From the sequence record PP429227.1: DNA of 24,000 nt; one strand, written 5' to 3'. Origin of the DNA: Rhizobium phage IG49. Shown piece by piece: positions 16,300 through 23,788 of the stretch (positions are counted from its first letter, which is position 1; every line of letters begins with the position of its first letter). Made by a program: the position numbers and the translations under genes. Under the pieces are notes generated by a model, which worked only from the letters and a program-made list of their open reading frames with translations, ran no database searches and had not been told where the DNA came from.

Positions 16300-16556
16300 T
16301 GAAAATGAAATTTTCCTCCAACGTCATGGAATGGCCTCCTTTCCTTCGGAAGCTCTTCGTTCTCACTCTTCCGATCAGCGTTCCTCTTTGGCTTCTTGCC
16401 CACCTGGTTATCGCATGCGTCGCTGTCATCGTGATTATCATCGCTTTGCCTGTCATTGGCGTCCACGATCTTTGGGTTGGTAAAAGCTCTGCTGAAGATC
16501 ACAAGGACGAATTCGTCGAAGCTGTAGAAGCCGAACTCGCTCGAAGGACCAAGTGA
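16299..16556 (+). CDS. Membrane protein, hypothetical
   Basis: TAATG overlap; hydrophobic LFVLTLPISVPLWLLAHLVIACVAVIVIIIALPVIGV. Confidence 0.65.
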   Translation: MKMKFSSNVMEWPPFLRKLFVLTLPISVPLWLLAHLVIACVAVIVIIIALPVIGVHDLWVGKSSAEDHKDEFVEAVEAELARRTK

Positions 16557-16915
16557 TGGAAGAACTCACTCACGAGATGTGGAAGCGACTCGAGATGCTG
16601 ATCGTCTACAAGATCGGGATGCACAGCTCTGAAGCCGAAATCAATTATCAGAACGATCGAGCTCTCGGCATCAAGAGTCTCAAGACTTTCTTCCATCTTG
16701 ATGGCAACGGCATGATCTCGGTCTTCTGGGACATGAACAAAGGTGGATCGATTCGATTCCAGGATCAGAAGAATATCGTCTACAAGCGGCTCTCGGTCGA
16801 TTCGAAGGTCGCATCACGAATCCATCTCTTTGAGGCCACTCTAGACAAGCGGCCTACAAATTTCAACGAGACTTTGAAGAAATTTCTCGATAAGGACATT
16901 TACATTCCTCTCTGA
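16553..16915 (+). CDS. Hypothetical protein
   Basis: 4-nt overlap with the upstream gene. Confidence 0.65.
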   Translation: MMEELTHEMWKRLEMLIVYKIGMHSSEAEINYQNDRALGIKSLKTFFHLDGNGMISVFWDMNKGGSIRFQDQKNIVYKRLSVDSKVASRIHLFEATLDKRPTNFNETLKKFLDKDIYIPL

Positions 16916-16927
16916 TGGGTGTATAAA
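16899..16927 (+). promoter_or_regulatory. Promoter-like element TTTACA-N17-TATAAA upstream of the sliding clamp gene
   Basis: Recurring motif, near-consensus sigma70 type. Confidence 0.65.
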
Positions 16928-16954
16928 TGGAAAATCATCAACAAAGGAAATGAA

Positions 16955-17665
16955 ATGAAATTCGAAAATACCACGATCGACATCCTCAAGCACTTTGCGA
17001 GTGTCGGCGAAGCAATTAACATCGAGTCGTCTCCTGGCGATCAGAAGCTCTATGTGACGTCGAAGTCCAAGCGTATCATCGCACGTGCTCGCAATGTTCA
17101 GGACATCGATCTCGATCTTCCGATCTTCAATCTGAAAAACTTCGTTCAAATCTTCTCGTTGTTCTCCGACAAGGATTACGACATCACGGTCAAGAACGAT
17201 CGAGCGTACTTCCGTTCAACGGACGGTGTCTACAATCAGTCGTTCGCTCTCTCTGATCCAGATATCCTGGTCGTTCCGTCTCCTGCAAAGGTCGACAACA
17301 TTTTCAAGCTCGATCTGTTCGAGTTCGAATTCTCCAACGAAACTCTTTCTCAAATCCAGAAGGCAATTCAGATCAACGGCGTTGGTCAGATGACTTTCCT
17401 GGCTGAAGAAGGAACTCTTCATATCTTGGCCGCCAATATGACAGATAAAGGCAACGTGGAAGAGACTGCGAACCAGTTCAAGTTCAACACTGGTATCTCC
17501 GTAGATGCAGACTTCTTCGTCGGTCTTCCTGCTGAAGTTCTCAAGGAAATCCTCCAGGGTAACTATCGAGTCGGTCTTTCGAAGAACGCGGTTCGTTTCG
17601 ACTCTGGCGAGAAAGGTTTCGTCGACTACGTTTTCCCGTCTCTCAACTATTCACGTTTCGGTTAA
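16955..17665 (+). CDS. 45: DNA polymerase sliding clamp (T4 gp45-like)
   Basis: MKFENTTIDILKHFASVGEAINIESSPGDQKLYVTSKSKRIIARA...FNLKNFVQIFSLFSD...FSNETLSQIQKAIQING; located directly before the clamp loader genes. Start refined to 16955. Confidence 0.85.
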   Translation: MKFENTTIDILKHFASVGEAINIESSPGDQKLYVTSKSKRIIARARNVQDIDLDLPIFNLKNFVQIFSLFSDKDYDITVKNDRAYFRSTDGVYNQSFALSDPDILVVPSPAKVDNIFKLDLFEFEFSNETLSQIQKAIQINGVGQMTFLAEEGTLHILAANMTDKGNVEETANQFKFNTGISVDADFFVGLPAEVLKEILQGNYRVGLSKNAVRFDSGEKGFVDYVFPSLNYSRFG

Positions 17666-17681
17666 GATGTGATATGAAATT

Positions 17682-17708
17682 CGAGTGAGTCATGGACAGG
17701 CTCACTCG
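17682..17708 (+). terminator. 10-bp stem-loop CGAGTGAGTC-atggaca-GGCTCACTCG (one U.G pair)
   Basis: Intergenic hairpin between clamp and clamp-loader genes; role (terminator/processing) inferred. Confidence 0.55.
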
Positions 17709-17731
17709 TCGTCGTTTAGAATTCAAAGGAA

Positions 17732-18691
17732 ATGAAAATGAAAGTTGCAGACCTAACAGAAAAGAAATATTTCCAACGCTACAGACCGGTTGATATGGAT
17801 GATATCATCCTCGAGCTGAGTGTCAAGAAAGAAGTTCAAGGTTTTATCGACTCTGGCGATATTCCTCATCTCCTCTTCACTGGTTCTCCTGGCCTCGGTA
17901 AAACGGCTCTTGCAGCTGTCATCGCACGTGCTATCGGTGCCGATGTTCTATTCATCAACGCTTCTGCAAAACGTGGCATCGATGTTATTCGAAGCGAAAT
18001 CACGCAGTATTGCTCTGTTCGATCTCTCGACGGCTCTCCGAAGATCGTTCATCTCGACGAAGCTGATCGACTGACTCCTGAAGCTCAGGATGCTCTTCGT
18101 CCGATCATGGAAGAGTTTTCAAAGTACACGACATTCATTCTCACTGCAAACCAGCGCGATCGTATCTCAGAAGCTCTGAAGTCTCGCTGCTTGTCGATCG
18201 ACCTCAATCCTAAAGACAAAGTCGAAGCTATCCGTTCAGTGTGCAAGCGGTGTGTCGAAATCCTGGAAAACGAGAAGGTAGAGTACGACAAGAAGGCAAT
18301 TCTTCAAATCGTCAAGTACAAGTTCCCGGACATGCGTTCAGTCATGAATGAACTTCAGCGTGCAGCATCGACGGGTAAGGTCGATATGGATGCAGCTGAA
18401 CACGCGAAGGCATCTTCTCTCGAAGCTCTCTTCGATATCCTTTCTGAGAAGAAGTTCATGAAGATGACCGAATGGGTCGTCGAGAACGTTCCTGACGCAG
18501 AGTCCTTCATCATCCGTCTCTGGGAAGAGTGTTTCACTCGTCTCGAGAAGTCATCGCTTCCAGAAGCTGCATTGATCCTGGATGAAGCTCAGGACACGGT
18601 CATTCCTGCTCCTGACAAACATCTTAAGGTCATCGCGACTCTGACCAAAATCATGCGTGATTGCAAGGTAGCTCCAAAGACTGGAGAATAA
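17732..18691 (+). CDS. 44: Clamp loader ATPase large subunit (T4 gp44-like)
   Basis: YRPVDMDDIIL...IPHLLFTGSPGLGKTALAAVIARAIGADVLFINASAKRGIDVIRSEI...VHLDEADRLTPEAQDALRPIMEEF...FILTANQRDRISEALKSRC: RFC/gp44 signature. Start could be 17732 or 17738. Confidence 0.93.
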   Translation: MKMKVADLTEKKYFQRYRPVDMDDIILELSVKKEVQGFIDSGDIPHLLFTGSPGLGKTALAAVIARAIGADVLFINASAKRGIDVIRSEITQYCSVRSLDGSPKIVHLDEADRLTPEAQDALRPIMEEFSKYTTFILTANQRDRISEALKSRCLSIDLNPKDKVEAIRSVCKRCVEILENEKVEYDKKAILQIVKYKFPDMRSVMNELQRAASTGKVDMDAAEHAKASSLEALFDILSEKKFMKMTEWVVENVPDAESFIIRLWEECFTRLEKSSLPEAALILDEAQDTVIPAPDKHLKVIATLTKIMRDCKVAPKTGE

Positions 18692-18692
18692 A

Positions 18693-19112
18693 ATGGCCAA
18701 GGCATCTCCATTCGACTTCATCAATGCCGTCTACGAACAGACAGGTAATGCCGTTCTCGACGGAAAACTTGACGCTGGCGATCTCAACCGTTTCATGTTT
18801 CTCCGAGGACTCGGTTTCTCGGAGGACTCTGTTCTCTTCGCAGACTTCGTCCAGACTCGTGGAAACATTCCGAACAATTATCTTTTCACGATTATGCACG
18901 AACTGGTCCAACCGAAAACTCGTCGTAGAACTAAGTGGGTCAAGGGTAAGGCAGAGTTCGAGGCAGATAAAATAGAATATGTCTGCGATGCGCTCAAATG
19001 CTCTCAGCCTGACGCTCTGGAGATTTTACGGTCTTTGGACGAAACCGAACTCTCTGGGCTTCTAGCCCATATGGAGAAGGCAAAGAAAGAAAAGAGACAA
19101 AGAAAGGAATAA
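18693..19112 (+). CDS. Probable clamp loader small subunit (T4 gp62-like), assigned mainly by position
   Basis: Immediately downstream of gp44-like gene as in T4; small Lys-rich C-terminus; sequence similarity only suggestive. Confidence 0.45.
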   Translation: MAKASPFDFINAVYEQTGNAVLDGKLDAGDLNRFMFLRGLGFSEDSVLFADFVQTRGNIPNNYLFTIMHELVQPKTRRRTKWVKGKAEFEADKIEYVCDALKCSQPDALEILRSLDETELSGLLAHMEKAKKEKRQRKE

Positions 19113-19117
19113 ATCCA

Positions 19118-19429
19118 ATGTCGCTTCAGGTACCTCCGTTTTTCCCACCCGACACGAACTTCGACAAGCTCGTGAACAAGGACTTTCAGCCGATCGCTGC
19201 CGATACCGATGCTGATGCTTACGTAACTCGTATCGTCGGTCTCTTCACGGCTGCTGCCAAGACCGGTCCTGGTCTGAACTCTGTTCTGGCTCTCTATCAG
19301 CCGTTCTACGAGTGCTTCGTCGATCAGAATCGTCGTTGGACGAATACGACCGACCTCCTCGAGTTCCAGCTCAAGGCGATCTACAAGAACGCCAAGGACT
19401 TCGGTCTTTACCAGCACGTTTTCGAATAA
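19118..19429 (+). CDS. Hypothetical protein in the position occupied by regA in T4
   Basis: Tightly spaced after 18693-19112; not recognisably RegA. Confidence 0.65.
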   Translation: MSLQVPPFFPPDTNFDKLVNKDFQPIAADTDADAYVTRIVGLFTAAAKTGPGLNSVLALYQPFYECFVDQNRRWTNTTDLLEFQLKAIYKNAKDFGLYQHVFE

Positions 19430-19440
19430 GAAATTTATAT

Positions 19441-19473
19441 TCCACACGGTCAGTTTTGTTCTGGCCGTGTGGA
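19441..19473 (+). terminator. 13-bp stem-loop TCCACACGGTCAG-ttttgtt-CTGGCCGTGTGGA (one U.G pair)
   Basis: Strong hairpin 12 nt after a stop codon at the end of the clamp-loader operon. Confidence 0.7.
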
Positions 19474-19551
19474 GGGATCAAGACCGCACCGATTAGAATT
19501 CAGAAAATCATCATCGTAGAAGGTGATAAACCGAGAATCGGACTTTAAGTG

Positions 19552-19579
19552 TTTACATGCGATTTGAGATGTGTATAAA
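19552..19579 (+). promoter_or_regulatory. Promoter-like element TTTACA-N16-TATAAA
   Basis: Recurring motif. Confidence 0.65.
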
Positions 19580-19656
19580 TGCTAATCAGAAACACTTACA
19601 AGAAAAGGAGAATACCATGCTAGATTTTACATAGGGTATAGCCCTAAAATCAAAAC

Positions 19657-20130
19657 ATGAGGAATAAAGTGTATAAGCTTGTTATTGTCAATCGGTACAC
19701 CATTGAAGGTCGTATCTTCGAAACCTACACCGACGAGACTCTCGAAGGTCTTCTCCGGAAGCATCCTTGGAAATTCCTCAACGGAAATATCTATGACATT
19801 CGTAATGACTACGATAAGGTTCCCGTAGATATCGAATTCTGCAAGAAGCGTGCTCGTCGTATCGTCGATGAGAAAACGCTCGAATGGATAAAGAAAAGGC
19901 ATAAGGGTTGCAAGTTCCGCGTCGACCCTATCCCTGGAACGAAGAAGCGTCGGTATCGACATTACCGTCATCCTCGGACTACTCAGGAGATTCGTGCAAA
20001 CGAGGCTAATCCTGATTTCGCGAGACGTAAGCATCTCGTGACTTCCTGGAGTGATCTTGTCCGAAATGATCTCCGGTACGGAGGACCTGCTTCCTGGAAG
20101 AACACCAAGAAGAAGCACCAGTGGATGTAA
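19657..20130 (+). CDS. Hypothetical basic protein; start may be ATG 19657 or GTG 19669
   Basis: Lys/Arg-rich ORF between promoter-like element and hairpin; GAGGA precedes GTG 19669. Confidence 0.65.
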   Translation: MRNKVYKLVIVNRYTIEGRIFETYTDETLEGLLRKHPWKFLNGNIYDIRNDYDKVPVDIEFCKKRARRIVDEKTLEWIKKRHKGCKFRVDPIPGTKKRRYRHYRHPRTTQEIRANEANPDFARRKHLVTSWSDLVRNDLRYGGPASWKNTKKKHQWM

Positions 20131-20134
20131 TTTC

Positions 20135-20168
20135 ATGGCTCAGAGGAATTAATTTTCCTCTGGGTCAT
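20135..20168 (+). terminator. 14-bp stem-loop ATGGCTCAGAGGAA-TTAATT-TTCCTCTGGGTCAT (two G.U pairs)
   Basis: Read directly, directly downstream of 19657-20130 and directly upstream of TTTAGGGGTTTACAAG. Confidence 0.7.
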
Positions 20169-20175
20169 TTTAGGG

Positions 20176-20204
20176 GTTTACAAGCACTTAGACCTTGATT
20201 ATAA
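20176..20204 (+). promoter_or_regulatory. Promoter-like element TTTACA-N17-TATAAG
   Basis: Recurring motif. Confidence 0.65.
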
Positions 20205-20233
20205 GAATTCCAACAACGAAACGGAGTTCTGAA

Positions 20234-21019
20234 ATGACCAAAGCTTATCTGGAAATTTTCGTATCCACTGGTGCCAAGAACGCAATGTTCACTCTTCGCA
20301 CCTCTCGAGTTCACTCCGGTCCTGGTTTCTTCTTTACTCGTGAAGCCTACATCAAGAACCTCTCTACGGACATAGAGAAGGCAGAAGCTCTCGCGATTGA
20401 ATACACGAAGAACCTGGCAGAACGGATCGCGTCTCCTGACTTCGAAGTCTATTACACTGGACCTGAGACAGAAGAGCTTTTCAAGCGTCGAGGAAAACTC
20501 TCTGTAGCAGACACCAGAGCTGTCGAAGATATCGAAGCGGGTATCGTACCTTTCGGCAAGCACAAAGACAAGAAGATCGGCGATCTTCCTGACACCTATC
20601 TCTGCTGGCTGACTGATCAGCTCAAGAACCCTCCTGATCAACTCAAGCCTGGCTTCTTCGCTCTCTGCACTGTTGCCTCTGGTATCGCAGATGAACGCGG
20701 ACTCCTTGCTGCACGTCAAGCCAAACGTGATGCACGTCACGAACAAGATTTGAAATCGACTCACTTTGGCGAAATCGGCAAACGGTACATTGAAGAAGTC
20801 GAAATCCTCTATAAGAACGAAGACAAGTTCGATGATGGAAGCTTCTGCCAATGGAAGTACACAATCAAGATCGGCGACGATATCCTAACTCACAATGGTA
20901 AGGTAGACCTCGAAGTAGGAAAAGCCAGATTGGCTTTCACCGTCAAGTTCCATTGTGATACGAAGACTGGAGTCAAAAAGACTTATATCAACCGCATCAA
21001 ACTCGCAAAGGAAGAATAA
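20234..21019 (+). CDS. Protein with DUF3820-like segment
   Basis: IVPFGKHKDKKIGDLPDTYLCWLTDQ; start refined from 20195 to ATG 20234 with SD CGGAG. Confidence 0.65.
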   Translation: MTKAYLEIFVSTGAKNAMFTLRTSRVHSGPGFFFTREAYIKNLSTDIEKAEALAIEYTKNLAERIASPDFEVYYTGPETEELFKRRGKLSVADTRAVEDIEAGIVPFGKHKDKKIGDLPDTYLCWLTDQLKNPPDQLKPGFFALCTVASGIADERGLLAARQAKRDARHEQDLKSTHFGEIGKRYIEEVEILYKNEDKFDDGSFCQWKYTIKIGDDILTHNGKVDLEVGKARLAFTVKFHCDTKTGVKKTYINRIKLAKEE

Positions 21020-21020
21020 C

Positions 21021-21239
21021 ATGAAGATTGTCGAACTCAAGTGGAAGAAGTGGCATAGCAACGACGATGACGGAAATCCTCGGTTCTATGCTGAAACACC
21101 TTTCGGTGTGACCTATCATGTTTCTAAGATCGGCTGGTGGTTTCCTCTCTGGGAACTGAACGAGTGTAAGGACCTCGAAGAGGCAAAACTCAAGGCTCAG
21201 GAGGATTTCAAAAAGAAAGTGAAGAATTGCGTGATTTAG
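21021..21239 (+). CDS. Hypothetical small protein
   Basis: Start refined from 20955 to ATG 21021 directly after the upstream stop; SD AAGGAA. Confidence 0.6.
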   Translation: MKIVELKWKKWHSNDDDGNPRFYAETPFGVTYHVSKIGWWFPLWELNECKDLEEAKLKAQEDFKKKVKNCVI

Positions 21240-21242
21240 GTG

Positions 21243-21271
21243 TTTACGACACGGTTTATCTGTGCTACTAA
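21243..21271 (+). promoter_or_regulatory. Promoter-like element TTTACG-N17-TACTAA
   Basis: Recurring motif. Confidence 0.5.
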
Positions 21272-21305
21272 ACTCTTAATCGAAATTCAAACAAGGTGAT
21301 CTGAA

Positions 21306-21500
21306 ATGCAAAGCCCACGTCAAGGAAAACTTCTCATCTCCCTCCGGGTACGTAAGCCCGGTACGAAGAAGCGTTTCACAACTCGTCTCTTCCTTAATTG
21401 TAAGGATTATGTCGATCAGATCATCCCTCGTCTCGATGCGAAATATCCTTGCACTGAACTCGTCGTCGAGCGATACACGATTCTCAAAAGAGGTCATTAA
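21306..21500 (+). CDS. Hypothetical small protein
   Basis: Downstream of promoter-like element, SD AAGGTGAT. Confidence 0.6.
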   Translation: MQSPRQGKLLISLRVRKPGTKKRFTTRLFLNCKDYVDQIIPRLDAKYPCTELVVERYTILKRGH

Positions 21501-21501
21501 A

Positions 21502-21858
21502 ATGAAAGAAATCAAAGACGAACTCGCGCATCTCTCTGGTAAGATCATGGGTATTCGTTCGATCGCAGAGTTCAAGATCAACTACACTCTTAACAGCCCT
21601 CTCTATTCTCTCGAGGAGAAGATAGAGTTCCTGGAAAGTGTAGATGACAATCTCATCGACGTAGATGCCTTCATCCCTGACTGGCTTTCTGATGAAATCG
21701 ACATGTACGATTTTGTCGAGTATCTCGGAAAAGACTCGATGATCACACCCGAACGATTCATCGGCTACATCAAGAGCAACTTCAACGAAGATTTCCAGAA
21801 AGAAATCTTCCAGAAGTACTTCAAAGACGGCAAGCTCTCATTCATCTTGGATTGGTAA
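21502..21858 (+). CDS. Hypothetical protein
   Basis: Start refined from 21409 to ATG 21502 (MKEIKDELAHLSG...). Confidence 0.65.
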   Translation: MKEIKDELAHLSGKIMGIRSIAEFKINYTLNSPLYSLEEKIEFLESVDDNLIDVDAFIPDWLSDEIDMYDFVEYLGKDSMITPERFIGYIKSNFNEDFQKEIFQKYFKDGKLSFILDW

Positions 21859-21861
21859 AAC

Positions 21862-22422
21862 ATGAAATTCTTTTCTCTCTTCAAGAAGGAAAACATCCTT
21901 CCTGCCAAAACCGTCGAAGGTCGAAAGGCCAACGCTATTGCTCTTGAAGCCATGAAGCAAGATTTGATCGTGGTGGAAATCGAAGGCGAGCTCTACAAGT
22001 CGAAACCGATGGACCGTTCGGAAGGCGAAACGTTCGATACTTTCCACATTCGGAAAATCCAGACCAACGGTCTTCCGAGCGCCGACGGAGAATTCATCGT
22101 CGCTCACGAACAAGGCGAGATGGTGAAGTTTCGAAATCACTACAGTTATCACGATGGAGAATACTTTATCTCTGTTCCTGACCAGACCGTCCAGGACAAA
22201 TTCTGGAATTCGCTGAAGATTTTCTTCGTGACGAATAATCCGAATTCTATCTGGACAGAAGTCAACATCGGTCACGTCGGAAAGCAGAACATGTTGTACA
22301 ACATCTTCTCTCTCGAAATGGGGTCGAAGAAACCGATCATCGTAGACCGTAAAAACGAAGTGAATATCTTCATCGTCTACGAACAAATCGAAGCTTTCTC
22401 ATATCAAGGAAACAGGAAATGA
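21862..22422 (+). CDS. Hypothetical protein
   Basis: Complete ORF, 4-nt overlap with the next gene. Confidence 0.65.
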   Translation: MKFFSLFKKENILPAKTVEGRKANAIALEAMKQDLIVVEIEGELYKSKPMDRSEGETFDTFHIRKIQTNGLPSADGEFIVAHEQGEMVKFRNHYSYHDGEYFISVPDQTVQDKFWNSLKIFFVTNNPNSIWTEVNIGHVGKQNMLYNIFSLEMGSKKPIIVDRKNEVNIFIVYEQIEAFSYQGNRK

Positions 22423-22934
22423 ACTTCATTCGGAACTTCCTAAATCGTCTGCGTGAACGCAGGGTGAACGATTTCCTCTTGTCGCAATATTCACATGAGC
22501 TACAGTACAATCTTTACCAGACTCAGCCCGGCGAAATCCTGTTTGTCCTCGGGTCCACTCTCGAGAAGAAGCTTCGAGAATGTGTGAAGGTCGTCGTATT
22601 CGTCGAACATCATGGTCATTTGATTCCGGATCGAGTCATCGAACAATATCCGATTTTCGAACTCCATGAAGCTCTTCACATAAAAGTGAAGTCCTCTACT
22701 CCTCCATCGACGTTCATCCATTACGTCGGGAAGAAAATGTCCAGGTTCATTCACAAAGATGACATTTCCTATTTCATCTTCGCTTCCGACGCATACGAAG
22801 CTATCTGTTCAGGGAAGAATTTCTGTTTCTATTCTTTCGATCCCGCAACGGACTCCGTCATTATGTCCAGCTCTTCTTCCGTTTCGATCGAACACGATTT
22901 CCGTGTAGACGAATACGAAGTCCTCGAATTCTAA
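22419..22934 (+). CDS. Hypothetical protein
   Basis: ATGA overlap; SD AGGAAAC. Confidence 0.65.
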   Translation: MNFIRNFLNRLRERRVNDFLLSQYSHELQYNLYQTQPGEILFVLGSTLEKKLRECVKVVVFVEHHGHLIPDRVIEQYPIFELHEALHIKVKSSTPPSTFIHYVGKKMSRFIHKDDISYFIFASDAYEAICSGKNFCFYSFDPATDSVIMSSSSSVSIEHDFRVDEYEVLEF

Positions 22935-22960
22935 CACCAACTCTCACAAAGGCTATTAAA

Positions 22961-23362
22961 ATGAACGTTATCCTTCGTATGATCATTCTCGCAGTGGTCC
23001 TCGTCATTACCAACATCGTCACCTACAAGCTGGCTGCCATCGGCGGCTACATGACTCTCCTGGCCACAGACAGCGCCGGTTCTGTCGCCAAGGTCGTCTC
23101 TGCCATGTTTGCTGTCACGAACCTCGCAGTTATCTTCGGGTACCAGTACCTCACTCGACATCTTCGAGCCCGACGAGTCTTCAAGAAGATCACCTCGAAG
23201 AAGACAAAGCGCATTGTCTGGTGGACGAACAAGTACGTAAATTCCCTGGTCGAACAGGAAGGCTACACTCGAGCAGAAGCCGTGGAAATCGCACACTTCG
23301 AACTGATCTCCTCGATCGAAGAAGAATTCAAGAAGAAGTTTAAGTCAGACTTCGAAGAATAA
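22961..23362 (+). CDS. Membrane protein, hypothetical
   Basis: Two hydrophobic segments MIILAVVLVITNIVTYKLAAIGGYM and VSAMFAVTNLAVIFGYQYL. Confidence 0.65.
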   Translation: MNVILRMIILAVVLVITNIVTYKLAAIGGYMTLLATDSAGSVAKVVSAMFAVTNLAVIFGYQYLTRHLRARRVFKKITSKKTKRIVWWTNKYVNSLVEQEGYTRAEAVEIAHFELISSIEEEFKKKFKSDFEE

Positions 23363-23365
23363 TCG

Positions 23366-23394
23366 TTTACATCCTTGATCTCCTATGATAAGGT
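23366..23394 (+). promoter_or_regulatory. Promoter-like element TTTACA-N17-TAAGGT
   Basis: Recurring motif just after the stop at 23362. Confidence 0.5.
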
Positions 23395-23423
23395 CCTCTA
23401 GAATTTAAATCTGAGAGGACCTT
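23390..23423 (+). promoter_or_regulatory. 10-bp perfect inverted repeat AAGGTCCTCT / AGAGGACCTT containing the SD of 23426-23788
   Basis: Arms 23390-23399 and 23414-23423; SD AGAGGA is in the right arm, ATG follows 2 nt later. Confidence 0.75.
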
Positions 23424-23425
23424 TC

Positions 23426-23788
23426 ATGTCTTTATTCGATGAATATCCATGCATCATCCGCGTCGAGTCTAACCCGACCGAAGTCACAGACCGTCTGAAA
23501 TCTCTTTACGAGAAGATCAAGAACGGAACTCCTCAAGAGAAAGCTTTGGCGAAATGGGAACTGAACTCCGAATACGGTTACTTCAGACCTTCTCTCGAAA
23601 TCAAAGAATACGATCCGGCTCTGATCGAGACTATCACCAAGAACGGTCAAGAAGTAGTAAGAAAGCTTCGAGACTTCTACAGCGAGAATACCGACTCTTG
23701 CCCTGAAGGTCTGAAGAAGATGCCAGTGAACTCCGACGGCTCTGAACCACTCGTATTTGAACTGAAATTTGAAAAGGCACAAGAATGA
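23426..23788 (+). CDS. Hypothetical protein
   Basis: Complete ORF, ATGA overlap with the next gene. Confidence 0.65.
   Translation: MSLFDEYPCIIRVESNPTEVTDRLKSLYEKIKNGTPQEKALAKWELNSEYGYFRPSLEIKEYDPALIETITKNGQEVVRKLRDFYSENTDSCPEGLKKMPVNSDGSEPLVFELKFEKAQE

Noticed and set aside
19501-19548. Short in-frame stretch KIIIVEGDKPRIGL before a TAA
   Set aside because: Belongs to a long alternative frame running antisense-like through the upstream gene and has no SD or start of its own.
20165-20851. 228-aa minus-strand ORF
   Set aside because: Antisense to a better-supported plus-strand gene and overlaps the hairpin/promoter cassette.
21838-22386. 182-aa minus-strand ORF
   Set aside because: Antisense shadow of 21862-22422.
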